A stretch of 64,000 bases of DNA from Cetorhinus maximus. Lineage: Eukaryota. Both the position numbers and the translations under genes were made by a program. Within the stretch, counting starts at the first letter, position 1; each line of letters begins with the position of its first letter. This document shows, piece after piece, positions 1 to 10,822 of the stretch. The stretch spans positions 22,134,001 to 22,198,000 of the forward strand of contig NC_135893.1 in assembly GCF_964194155.1 (NCBI RefSeq). The letters are read 5' to 3'. Below the pieces are notes generated by a model. The model saw nothing but the letters and a program-made list of their open reading frames with translations. It did not search any database and was not told the origin of the DNA.

Positions 1-189
1 TACATTCAATGTGAGTCATACAGCCTGAGGGATTGATACAATTCCCAGCCCCTCCATGCACTATGGCTGAAAGGTCTTAGACAGCAACATTTCCCCATTG
101 CGAGGCTGCCCCAAGGTTAATGCGTCCCTCAGCATGTAGTCCTGGACCTTGGAATGTGCTAGTCTGCAACACCTGGCCAGGGACAACTC
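1..189 (-). mobile_element. Tx1/L1-clade LINE 3' fragment (older copy)
   Basis: The minus strand encodes a degenerate ...SKVQDYMLRDAL..., paralogous to the C-terminus of the adjacent copy at 421-560. Confidence 0.7.
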
Positions 190-995
190 TTTTTTTTTGT
201 AAAAATATACTTTATTCATAAAAAATCTTCAATCACATTCAAAACCATTTCAAAAACAACATTACAAGGGTACAATCCAGGTTAAACTTTTACAAAATGT
301 ATCACCAGGTGCATCAGTACAAACAATATTACAATCATTTACAGCCTTTCATTTTGATCTGTACAGCCCGAGGGGCTCTAAACAGTTCCCAGTCTCTCGG
401 TGCGCTGTGGTAGAAAGGTCTTAGACAGCGACCCTTCCCCATTGCGCCTTTGCGGCAGCTGCCCCAAGCTTTAGTGCGTCCCTCAGCACGTAGTCCTGGA
501 CTTTGGATTGTGCCAGTCCGCAACAATCGGTCGGGGACAACTCTTTGTGCTGGAAGACCAACAAGTTTCGGGCAGACCAAAGCGCGTCTTTCACCGAGTT
601 GATGATCCTCCAGCTGCAGTCGATGTTTATCTCGGTGTGTGTCCCTGGGAACAGCCCGTAGAGCACAGAGTCCTGTGTCACAGAACTGCTCGGGATGAAC
701 CTCGACAGCAACCACTGCATCTCTCTCCAGACTTTCTTTGCAAAGGCACAATCCACAAGGAGGTGAACAACGGTCTCTTCCCCACCACAGCCACCTCGAG
801 GGCAACGTGCAGAGGGGGTGAGCCTCCTGGCGTGTAGGAAGGATCTGACGGGGAGGGCCTTTCTCACCACCAGCCAAGCTACGCCTTGGTGCTTGTTGGA
901 AAGTTCTGGCGATGAGGCATTCTGCCAAATGACTTTGACAGTCTGCTCGGGGAACCATCCCACAGGGTCCACCCTCTCCTTTTCCAGCTCCGGGT
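190..995 (-). mobile_element. 5'-truncated Tx1/L1-clade LINE (ORF2 C-terminal zinc-binding region, 3' UTR, poly(A))
   Basis: ORF 421..1053(-) has CPRGGCGGEETVVHLLVDC (zf-RVT-like) and ends VQDYVLRDALKLGAAAAKAQWG. The minus strand has AATAAA near 211-216, and a poly(T) run lies at 190-198 on the + strand. Confidence 0.85.
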
Positions 996-1259
996 GAATG
1001 GCTACTGAGCAAAGATGAGAGAGGGGAAATTGCAAGAGTCTAACGACCCACATTTATGATGTGCTGGGACTAGGATGAGGACAGAAAACAGGAAAAAGAA
1101 GTGCCACAAATGGTGCCAAGTGTGAAAACCTGTGAAAGTACTGATCGTGTTCAACGGGCTCGATTTAAAAATACACCTTTGTGCCGATTCATTTACATTT
1201 TAAGACATCTTTTTTTCAGGTTGCTAATCTGGAGGTAACAAGTTTTAAGGAGCGAGGCG

Positions 1260-2186
1260 ATGGAATTGGAGACTACAGCTCAGCTCATCTTTTATGGGTT
1301 GCTGGTGTTTCTGGGGATTTTGGGGAATATTTTGGTCTTGGTGACAATACTCGCCACCACCGTGGAGAGCCACGGCCTCGCCGCCTCTGACATCATCCTA
1401 ACCAACCTGGCAGCCGTCAACTTGCTCATTTCCATTTTTCGGAACATCCTCCTGTTCATTACGGAGTCGGGGGTGAAGATTCTGCTGAGCCTCCACTGGT
1501 GCCGAGTGTTCATGTTCCTCTGGGTGTGGCTGAAGTCTGTGAGCGTGTGGGTCACTTTCTGTCTGAGCTATTTCCACTTTCTCAAAATAAAACAGCACTT
1601 CCACCTGAGCACAAAGATGAAGGAGATCATGTACGTGTTGGCGATATTATTTGCGGTGTGGCTTGTTAATTTCCTCTATGCAATCCCAGCTTTCATTTAC
1701 AGCCGGACTGCCAGTGGGAACGAGACGAAGATCCTGATGGTGATCAGCACCACCATGGAGCCTTTCCTGGGCTGTGTCTGGAAGTTTCCCACTCCGGAGA
1801 GCGGCATAACGTTCGCAGTGGTCTCCCTCATTCTTCATGAACTCATACCCATCATATTCATGGTCAGCACCAATCTCAGCACCGTGTACTATCTCAGCAA
1901 ACACATCAGGGCGATCGCGGACGAGCACTTGCACAGTGTGCAAATGGAGAGGACAGCAGCCAAGTTGATCATGGCGCTAGTGACACTGTTTGTCCTGTGT
2001 ACAGGCACCCACTTGCTGGCTGTCAGTTACTACAATCACAATGGGGGCCCGTCCACTGCCTTTCTGTTGACTCTGGCGAAGTACTGCGCCACCGTGTTTA
2101 TAGGCTTCAGTCCTCTGTTGCTCGCTGCAGGACACAGCAAGTTGCGACATAAAGTCTGCAAGGTGTTGCACATTAAAGTATTTTAG
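1260..2186 (+). CDS. ora4: V1R/ORA-family vomeronasal type-1-like chemoreceptor, ORA4-like, intronless, 308 aa
   Basis: Intact ORF with seven hydrophobic segments. The motifs GILGN, SDIILTNL, WCRVFMFLWVW, LMVIS..PFLGCVWKFP, YYNHN and GFSP..GHSKLR closely match recalled teleost Ora4. There is a candidate 5'-UTR acceptor (ttttttcag ending at 1219) and AATAAA near 2205. Confidence 0.85.
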   Translation: MELETTAQLIFYGLLVFLGILGNILVLVTILATTVESHGLAASDIILTNLAAVNLLISIFRNILLFITESGVKILLSLHWCRVFMFLWVWLKSVSVWVTFCLSYFHFLKIKQHFHLSTKMKEIMYVLAILFAVWLVNFLYAIPAFIYSRTASGNETKILMVISTTMEPFLGCVWKFPTPESGITFAVVSLILHELIPIIFMVSTNLSTVYYLSKHIRAIADEHLHSVQMERTAAKLIMALVTLFVLCTGTHLLAVSYYNHNGGPSTAFLLTLAKYCATVFIGFSPLLLAAGHSKLRHKVCKVLHIKVF

Positions 2187-2394
2187 TTTTCTTTTTTTTA
2201 AAAAAATAAAGCAGCCCAGTTCTTAACAAGTAGTGCCGAACTTAGATATCTGAGGGCTGATGAATATACAGTGTGTCCTGTTAATCGGCCGTGAGTTTAG
2301 GGTTCCTGCTGTTCTGATCCATATTTCCTCGCCCAGAACTGCCGACTTCCATCCCCGGTGGATTTTCCACCCTTTTCACTTCAGTTTTTTCTCT

Positions 2395-2930
2395 CTCACA
2401 GGTTGTGGGCATCGCTGCCTGGGCTGGGCCAGCATTTATTACCCGTCCCTATTTATCCATTCACAGGATGTGGGCTTTGCTGGCTGGGCCAGCTTTTATT
2501 ACCCATCCCTAGTTGCCCTTGAGAAGGTGGTGGTGACAACTGAGTGGCTTGCTAGGCCATTTCTGAGGGCATTTTTGAGAGTCAACCACATTGCTGGGTG
2601 CCTGGAGTCAAATGTAGTCACATGTAGGCCAGACCAGGTAAGGATGGCAGATTTCCTTCCAGTGAACCAGATGGGTTTTCACAACAATCGACAATGGTTT
2701 CCCAGTCATTAGATTTTTCATTCCAGATTTTTATTGAATTCAAATTTCACCATCAACCATGGTGGGATTCGAACCCAGGTCCGTGGCCAGCAACAGTACC
2801 ACATTGCCCTTGAGAAGGTGGTGGTGAGCCACCTTCTTGAACTGCTGTAGTCCATGTGGTGTGGGTACACACAGAGCACTGTTAGGAAGCAAGTTCCAGG
2901 ATATTGATCCAGCGGCAGTGAAGGAACTGT
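2395..2930 (-). mobile_element. HE1 SINE / HER1 LINE tail fragments (rearranged)
   Basis: Carries the reverse complement of the tail at 56380-56435 (gcatttatt.cccatccct..ttgcccttgagaaggtggtggtg), plus a tRNA-like B-box region (gggattcgaaccc). Confidence 0.7.
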
Positions 2931-3094
2931 CTCTATTTTTCCGTTTTTATAATTCAGTAACTGATCCCCTTAATATTCTTCAAATTTTCCAACCCAGTCA
3001 AGTGTACTGAGCCATAACATTCAGGAAGGTCCCAAGTTTGAATTCCAAATCAATATGCTTAGTCAGCAGAGATCAGCTAGGGTGGTGGTTAGTG

Positions 3095-4030
3095 GTCAGA
3101 AGGTTATGGGTTTCAAGTCCCACTCCAGAGAGACTTGAGCACATAATCCAGTATGGTACTGAGGGAGTACTGTAGTGTTGGGGGCATCCACTTTTGGACG
3201 AGACATTAAATTGAGTCCCCGGGCACCTTAAGTAGCCAATTAATGACCACTTAAGGGCCTCAGCCCACTGTTGCTGGTATTAACCCACTGTCGGTGGGCC
3301 TGTCACCATGCAGTGTGCACGACAGGTAAAGCTGTGCGGGTTGCTTGTCACCTCCAGGTGAGGGTCCCTCGATCAAAGGCACTAAATGCCTGATCGAGGG
3401 ACTGGATGTCGGGAAGGAGGGGATTGTTGTTGAGAGCCACCTCCCTGTCCTTGCTGCCACCCCCCTGCATTCTTCTCCCCACGACCCCTACCACATTACT
3501 ACTTACCTGTGGCCTGGGTCACTCCAAGTTCCTGTGACTCCAGCGCCTGTCCTTCCAGCAGCAGCCACAGCCTTTCTACTGGCGCTGCTGAGCACAAGGG
3601 CGAGCTGAGTCTTCCACTCCCTGGGGTCTTGATTCCATGGGAAGGTCGCTGCTGGCCTCGCCACTGCCTGACTGGCTCCCAAAAAGAGGCAGCATGGGTT
3701 TCTCACCAGCTCTCCAGCTGGCAGGCAAGACCCGATGCCTCAAAAAGATTCTGCCCCCCCCCTGTCTTCCCTTTCAGATGGATGTAAAGATGACACTATA
3801 TCAATGAAGGACAATGGAGTTCTCCATGTCCTGGCAAATATTTATCCCTCAACCAATGTCACTAAAGTAGATTATCTGGCCATTATCATGTTGCTGTTTG
3901 TGGCACCTTACTGTCACAAACAGGCCACCATGTCTCTTACATGACAACAGTAACTGCATTTCAAAAGTACATCATTAGATGTAAAGTGCATGGGAATGTT
4001 GATGTTATGAAAGGTGCTATATAAATGCAA
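3095..4030 (+). mobile_element. SacSINE1/DeuSINE-like SINE split by a GC-rich insert (~3221-3760)
   Basis: The head ttcaagtcccactccagag.acttgagcacataatcc and the Deu-like core cctggcaaatatttatccctcaaccaa are homologous to the copies at 15845 and 58935. Confidence 0.65.
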
Positions 4031-5019
4031 GTTTTTTTTGGGGGGGGGGTGCATTACAATTGGTTTTCGTGCCTCTGGGTTAAGAAATTGAAAAGAACTG
4101 GAATTCCTACTCCTGATCACCATCCAGTGCTGGAAAATGTACAAGCCGATATTGGGTGGTGACAGAATCAGGCTCAGCTGTGACATCCCCTATGACTTGC
4201 CAAAATTAACTGTATCACCTCACACTTGAAAAATAACCCCTTGAATGAGGAATCTGTGGGTTGTCAATGCTCAAGATCCTGTACATAGTAGAGTCATTAG
4301 ATGTGGGCAGACGGAAGAACTGCATAAAGCATTAATTTTCTCTCTGAGAAGGAGGCGTAGAGGGCCCCCTCCTCAAATTGGGTAGCCCTCAAACACAATG
4401 CTTTATCAGAAAGTATCATCAGCTTCCTGAAATAAGACAATCAAGTCACCTGATGGATCAAGTAGTTTGAAAAATGCAAAAATGTTTGAGCATAGAATCA
4501 TCGAATGGCTACAGCACAGAAGGAGGCCATGTGGCCTGTTACGACCAAGCTGGGTCTCTGTAAGATCAACTCATCTAGTCCACCTTACCTGCCTTTTCCC
4601 TGTCACTATGCGAATATTTTCTCTTCAGATAATTATCCAATTTTCTTTAGAAGAATGAAGAACGTGCTGATATCAACATATGCTGACATTGACAACATTT
4701 TCAATACAGCGAGATCTTTCATTCTGAGCGCTGTCCCACTGAGTTCTCCAGATACTCATAGCTCAGTAGCTCCATCTTGTGTTTCATCCATGTTCAGCTG
4801 CTCTGCGATGGTGTGTTTTTGCTGCTGTCTTTCTTTCCATAGGTCTCAAAGTGATAAAAAAACTAATTGCAAAGAATCAATATTGCAAAAAGCAATATGT
4901 CAATAGCGTGTCAAAAAATGCAACAGAGTAATTTACACCATTTATGGCCATTATTCATTTATTATGTATTTTAAAATGAACATATCAAATCATCGTGGAA
5001 TGGTAATTAACAAAATGCA

Positions 5020-5500
5020 TAGAATGCTGAATTACATTGCTAGACCAGTTGAGTACAAGCCAGAAGATATTATACTAAAATTGTACAGTGCATTGGGGGT
5101 GTAGTTTTGGTTGTAAGGACAAAAGGGAAACATTCAACTCTTAAAGACTGTGAAGAGGAGGACCTCAAACTGGTCCCTAGTGATTGAGGATTGATTTTGA
5201 ATAAAGATTGGAGAAAGTGGACTCTTTATCCAAGAGTGACGGTGACTATGAGGAAACCTTACAGAAGTATACAACATATTAAACTTTACTTCAAGAAATG
5301 CCAGGATACTAGAACAAGAGGGTATTGGTTAAAACTGATGTAAGGAATGTTGAGGGCAGATATCAGGAACTATTTTTTATGCAAAGAGCAACCAAGAAAG
5401 AAAAGAAACCTGGGCCTCTCAATACACAATAAAATAACAGTATGGATGTGTGGGTTTTATTCTGCTGGATGAGCTAAAATGGTTATGACATCCAAACCTA
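5020..5500 (+). mobile_element. Old CR1-clade LINE 3' fragment
   Basis: Degenerate similarity to the 3' end of the CR1 at 37150-37700 (gagtacaag..., actagaacaagaggg...). Confidence 0.5.
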
Positions 5501-5625
5501 TCTTGTGATTTTACCTATATTGCTAAGATTAATAAAACCTACAGTTAACCCATGTACATTGCTCTTTGTGTGCTTGCATTAATTCAAGCATTTTCATTAC
5601 TGAGTATGCATCTGTGACATCCACA

Positions 5626-5707
5626 TTGAATTGTGGGATTCAAATCCGCGTCTCGTTAGAAACTGGAATTTTAAGTCCAGCGCCTTAGACCGCTCGGCCA
5701 CACTACC
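5626..5707 (-). pseudogene. tRNA-Leu pseudogene
   Basis: The minus strand reads GGTAGTGTGGCCGAGCGGTCTAAGGCGCTGGA-CTTAAAAT-TCCAG...GATTTGAATCCCAC. The 5' half matches vertebrate tRNA-Leu(AAG/TAG). The anticodon loop is 8 nt, the T-arm is degenerate and the 3' acceptor strand is lost. Confidence 0.85.
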
Positions 5708-6984
5708 ACAGTGCAACATACTGAATTGTGTAGGAACCAATTTTCACATCATCTGGAAGATAAGTATTTAATCACCAACAGGTGGTGAACCACAATCTTG
5801 CCCCTAAATTTCACATCACTGCACATATCCAACCTCTTTTAACACAGCAGTAAATATTTATTGAAAGTCAGTTAAAAACACCACTATAGCTCATTATTAT
5901 GGACACAGCAAATGAACTTAACCTGCACAATTTGGCATTCAATACTCTATACCACCAGTGATCAGGCTCATACTTCTTAAGTGCATTTACATTTTTAAAT
6001 ATCATCTTCACTAAGAAAAGTGTTTTGACCTTGACTGTTCTCCTGTCTCCAAGTAGTTTAGGGAATCCCATGCACTAGCTTCTTTTATGGAGATCAATTT
6101 TAAAATTTGTAATGCCAAAAGGAAAACATGTGCTCTCTGTCCCAGGCATGACCTGGTCCATCCAACTAACCAAATGCCAACCAGGGATTTTCTAGGTGCT
6201 TTGAAGCATTATTTGCTAAATGCAATTCAATACAAAACATGCTATCGCTGTGTATTAATGTGATGTATACAGAGAGGCAGACTACCAGTCAATTATGTTA
6301 TTGCAGACACAGTGAACTCTTTGATCAAGTGGGCCAGCATCAGGAAGATGCCAAGGGGACATGAGAGCCTTCCACATAAAGAGAAAGGAATAATCAGAGA
6401 TCAGCCCTCAACAGTTAGTTACCACAGCAAACTAAGTACAGTTTGTAACCAAAAAACACAAACTGTAACTCAAGATTGTTGAAACATTGAGGGAACATTG
6501 CTGCCCAGTTCTCAATGTTCCAAGAATATGGAGGATTGACTATCTGACATCCTTCTTTCCTGAGAATGGAACATAGGGACAGAAGTAGGCCATTCAGCCC
6601 CTTGAGCCTCTTCTGGAATGTCTCCCAATCCAGAGAAAACTTTAAAACATTTCAGAAGATAAGCATTTGCCCAGGAAATTAATGACTTAAAATTTGAACT
6701 TGTATACATCATTAAATGTGAATTCACAGCTGACATAAGTATTTCCCCTCACAGTGAGATCTGCTTTGTAACATGGGTGTTGATGCAAAGTGGAAACAAG
6801 ACAAAGAGCGATCATACCTCACCAACAACTGACCCGTGATATCAGAACTATGGTTACCACCTTACACACCTACTTACCAGAGCAGAATTGAACAGGTGGC
6901 ATACTTGTGGTATTCACTGGTGAACTGCGCAAGTTTTGGCTGTCTGGATTGCTCTGAAGGGATGGAGGAAAATCTTAAGAAGAA

Positions 6985-7520
6985 CAATTTGCACTTAAAA
7001 TGGACCTTTAACATAGTAAAATGGCAAAATGTGCTTCACAGGAAAATTAACAAACAAAATTTGACACTGAATTACATAAGGCCATAATAGGACAGATGAA
7101 CAAAAACTCAGCAAAAGGGGTAACTTATATAAAGCGTCTTAAAGGAGAAAGAGAGGTGGAAATGCAGATAAGCATTTTAAAATTGAGGTGTTGTCAAACC
7201 AGGAGCTAATGTAGGTCAGCGAGTATGGGAGCAAAGGATGAATGTGACTCGGCGCAGTTCAATATATAGGGAGCAGGGTTTTGAATGAACTCAAATCTAT
7301 GGAGGGAGGAAGGTGAGAGGCCAGCCAGGAGAGCATTGAAATATTCTGGTGAAGAGTCATACGGACTCGAAACGTTAACTGTATTCCTCTCTGCAGATGT
7401 TGTCAGACCTGCTGAGTTTTTCCAGGTATTTTTGTTTTTGTTTTGAATTTCCAGCATCTGCAGTTTTTTGCTTTTATCTTTGAAATATTCAAGTCTGGAG
7501 GTAACATGAACATGGATATA
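6985..7520 (-). mobile_element. L2-clade LINE 3' fragment (host of the 7347-7479 insertion)
   Basis: The minus strand encodes YFNALLAGLSPSSLHRFEFIQN..., homologous to the L2 at 38385-39005. Confidence 0.65.
7347..7479 (+). mobile_element. Solo Penelope-like 3' terminal repeat (family A) with hammerhead-like motif
   Basis: Same sequence as the 3' end of the element at 7789-9313, flanked by the 11-bp TSD ttgaaatattc (7336-7346 and 7480-7490). Confidence 0.8.
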
Positions 7521-7788
7521 CATGAAATACATTTTTAAAAAATCACATTTTCCCCTTTCTTCCATGACAGGGTTGATGCTTGCTAAGTGAAGTTCAAGCA
7601 CCTCCCAACCTCAAGTACTTCACTGAAATAACAATACTCTTCATGTGTTAATTTAGAAAATATCAGCAGGATATTTGACTGTTATGGGAGCACCACAGTG
7701 AAGCTCAATTTTGTTTCACCTAATGTTCACAATTCTTACTTTCCAGCAGGGATAACTCAATGGTGATCAAAATGTTGGCTAAGTTATC

Positions 7789-9313
7789 AGCTAAGATAAA
7801 AGCAGAATACAGTGGATGCTGGAAATCTGAAACAAAAACAAAAATAACTGGAAAAACTCATCAGGTCTGACAGCATCTGTGGAGAGGAAGACAGAGTTAA
7901 CGCTTCGAGTCCGTATGACTCTTCATACTAAAGAAAAATAGAAATGAGGTGAAATATAAGCTGTTGGAGGGGGGTAGGACAGGTGGAGCTGGATAGAGGG
8001 CCAGTGATAGGTGGAGGCAAACAGAGTGCCAAAGATGTCATAGACAAAATGACAAAGGGGTGTTGATGGTGGTGATATTAGCTAAAGGATGTGCTAATGG
8101 TGACATTAAGGGTGGAAAGCAGGACGAGCAAGTGACAGATGGCTCTAGTGGGGGTGGGGTAGGGGGAAGGGATCGAAATAGGCTAAAAGGTGGAGATAAA
8201 AGGTTGACAGGGCTCTCAACCGTGTCCGGCCCATCTCCCGTGCATCCGTCCTCACACCTTCCTCTCCCTCCCAGAACCATGATAGGGTCCCCCTTGTCCT
8301 CACTTGTCACCCCACCAGCCTCCACATTCAAAGGATCATCCTCCGCCATTTCCGCCAACTCCAGCATGATGCCACCACCAAACACATCTTCCCTTCACCC
8401 CCCCCTATCGGCATTCCGTAGGGACCGTTCCCTCCTGGACACCCTGGTCCACTCCTCCATCACCCCCTACACCTCAACCCCCTCCCACAGCACCTTCCCA
8501 TGCAACCGCAGAAGGTGCAACACCTGCCCCTTTACTTCCCCCTTCCTCACTGTACAAGGGCCCAAACACTCCTTTCAAGTGAAGCAGCACTTCACTTGCA
8601 CTTCTCTCAATTTAGTTTACTGCATTCACTGCTCCCAATGCAGTATCCTCTACATTGGAGAGACCAAACACAGACTGGGTGACCGCTTTGCGGAACACCT
8701 TCGGTCTGTCCGCAAGCATGACTCAGACCTCCCTGTCACTTGCCATTTCAACATACCACCCTGCTCTCATGCCCATGTCCGTCCTTGGCCTATTGCAATG
8801 AAGCACAACGCAAACTGGAGGAACTGCACCTCATCTTCCGATTAGGCACCTTACAGCCTTCCGGACTTAACATTGAGTTTAACAATTTCAGATCATGAAC
8901 TCTCTCCTCCTTCGCCACCCCCTTTCTGATTCCCCTTTTTTCTTATCTCCACCTTTTAGCCTATTTTGATCCCTTCCTCCTGCCCCACCCCCACTAGGGC
9001 CATCTGTCACTTGCTCGTCCTGCTTTCCACCCTCAACGTCACCATTAGCACATCCTTTAGCTAATATCACCACCATCAACACCCCTTTGTCCTTTTGTCT
9101 ATGACATCTTTGGCAATCTCTTCTTTACCTCCACCTATCACTGGCCCTCTATCCAGCTCCACCTGTCCCACTCCCCTCTAACAGCTTATATTTCACCTCA
9201 TTTCTATTTTTCTTTAGTTCTGGTGAAGAGTCATACGGACTCAAAGCGTTAATTCTGTCTTCCTCTCCATAGATGCTGTCAGGCCTGCTGAGTTTTTCCA
9301 GTTAATTTTGGTT
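7789..9313 (+). mobile_element. Penelope-like retroelement (family A): GIY-YIG endonuclease region with inverted 3'-end duplication
   Basis: ORF 8060..8845 has CNRRRCNTC..FTCTSLNLVYCIHCSQCSILYIGETKHRLGDRFAEH. About 7835-8203 is an inverted copy of about 8943-9313. The 14-bp TSD ttggctaagttatc is at 7775-7788 and 9314-9327. Confidence 0.9.
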
Positions 9314-9929
9314 TTGGCTAAGTTATCTCCTACCTAGCCTGGGACAGTGTAACCAATTGCAGTGCAAAGTAACCAATTGTAAAAAAAAAATTCCCAAAAA
9401 TATACATAATTCAGCACAGGTTGGGATGAAACTAACACCCCCTTGGGTCTGCATGGTTTAGTTCTACACTGGCCAATACATTTACCCTCTACAAAAAGTT
9501 AAAAGTAAAGGTTTATTTTAAACAAAACTAGAAAACGTTTGTATTTGCACGAAGAGTCAGAGAAGCATTCTTGTGGCTTGTTTTCGTGCAGAAATATTTG
9601 CTGCATGGAGTTGAACTTTTAAGCTGTTGAAACCCAAAGCCCTCCCTCAGTGTGAATCAACACCAAACGAGAAATATCTTTACTAGCAAAAGGCAATACA
9701 AAAATGACAAATTAATTTAGAGTGCTATAAAGTGGGGATGGACTGTAACTTAAATCAGGGTTAAATTACATTGGAATAAAGAGGCTGGAATATTGATGGG
9801 ACTGAGTTAGGTTAAAAATGGATTATGATTGGGAGAGCCTGGGATTAGAGTAGGTTTGGGCTGGAGGAGACTAGATTAAGGATTGGGGAGGGTTAAGGTT
9901 GGATTGGGAACAGTTTAGCACCAGAAGAC

Positions 9930-10330
9930 ATTGAGACTCGCGGGGCGGGGGGGTGGTCAATGGTCCAAGATGAATAAGGCAGAGGCTGCTGCCTCTACCT
10001 CTCTCCGTGAGGCCCAAGGTGAGTCAGGCGCCAGGTCCAGGCCTCTGGGAACAGCCCCCCCACCCCCACTTCTGAGTTCGAGGGAGGCCGGGCTGGGCTC
10101 TTGCCGGGTCCCCGCCTCCACCGTCACTGAAAAGTAAAGAGCGGCGAAGGAGGAAGCGGCCGGTGCCGAGCGCCGGTCACCTCTGGCGGGCGGCGCTAGT
10201 ACGCAAGCCCGCGGCTTCAGACTTGACTCTAGGCCCTGCTTGAAAAGAATAAAATCAGCGGCGGCGGCTCTGGTTGCGTCAAAGGATATCACAATGTGGC
10301 GGGGCTGAGCTCAGTCTGCCCCGACTTCTC
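9930..10330. promoter_or_regulatory. CpG-rich promoter region of OTUD3, with a possible non-coding first exon (donor at 10019, acceptor ending at 10429)
   Basis: Local CpG/GC enrichment with GC boxes, a ccaag|gtgagt donor, and a pyrimidine-rich tttcgtttcag acceptor upstream of the ATG. Confidence 0.65.
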
Positions 10331-10619
10331 TCTAATAACATAACATCATGTAATATAGTTGCTGAGCCCACCTCCTGTTCTCAGTAAATAACTTTTATTT
10401 TCTCTCTGTTTTGTTCCGTTTCGTTTCAGGACTTGGGAGTTCCTCCGCCGTTTCGAGTGGAAGTCAATAGTTGGTCTTCCTTGTTTTAAATTTTGATTTC
10501 TTGTTCTTGCATCTTCTCCAGTTTGCCCTGTCACCATGGTGACCCTCTGCCCTCGGCCCCTCTGATTCCCTGCTTCACCCTCTCTGCAAGCTTCCGATGC
10601 GCCGCTGGTTTTGTCGGCC

Positions 10620-10822
10620 ATGTCCAAGAAACAAGTTGTCAAAACCAGGACTAATAAGAAACTGGATTTAGAGCGGAAACGGGACGAGAAGGCGGTGAGA
10701 CGAGCCCTGGCCAAGGAGAGGAAGAACAGGGCCCAGGAGGGGACAGAGGACGAAGAGTTTGTGAGCTTTGCCAACCAGCTCCTGGCCATGGGACTCAAAC
10801 TCCGGGAGGTCCCCGGCGATGG
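10620..10822 (+). CDS. OTUD3: OTU deubiquitinase 3, coding exon 1
   Basis: [52 protein letters not shown] matches the OTUD3 N-terminus. Starts at gccATG; donor gg|gtgag. Confidence 0.95.

Noticed and set aside
335-1012. 225-aa and 109-aa ORFs overlapping the Tx1 fragment
   Set aside because: They are alternative-frame or antisense shadows of retrotransposon ORF2.
8060-8845. 261-aa ORF as a host GIY-YIG gene
   Set aside because: It is a chance fusion of the inverted Penelope 3' UTR with a truncated, frameshifted endonuclease region inside a TSD-bounded element.
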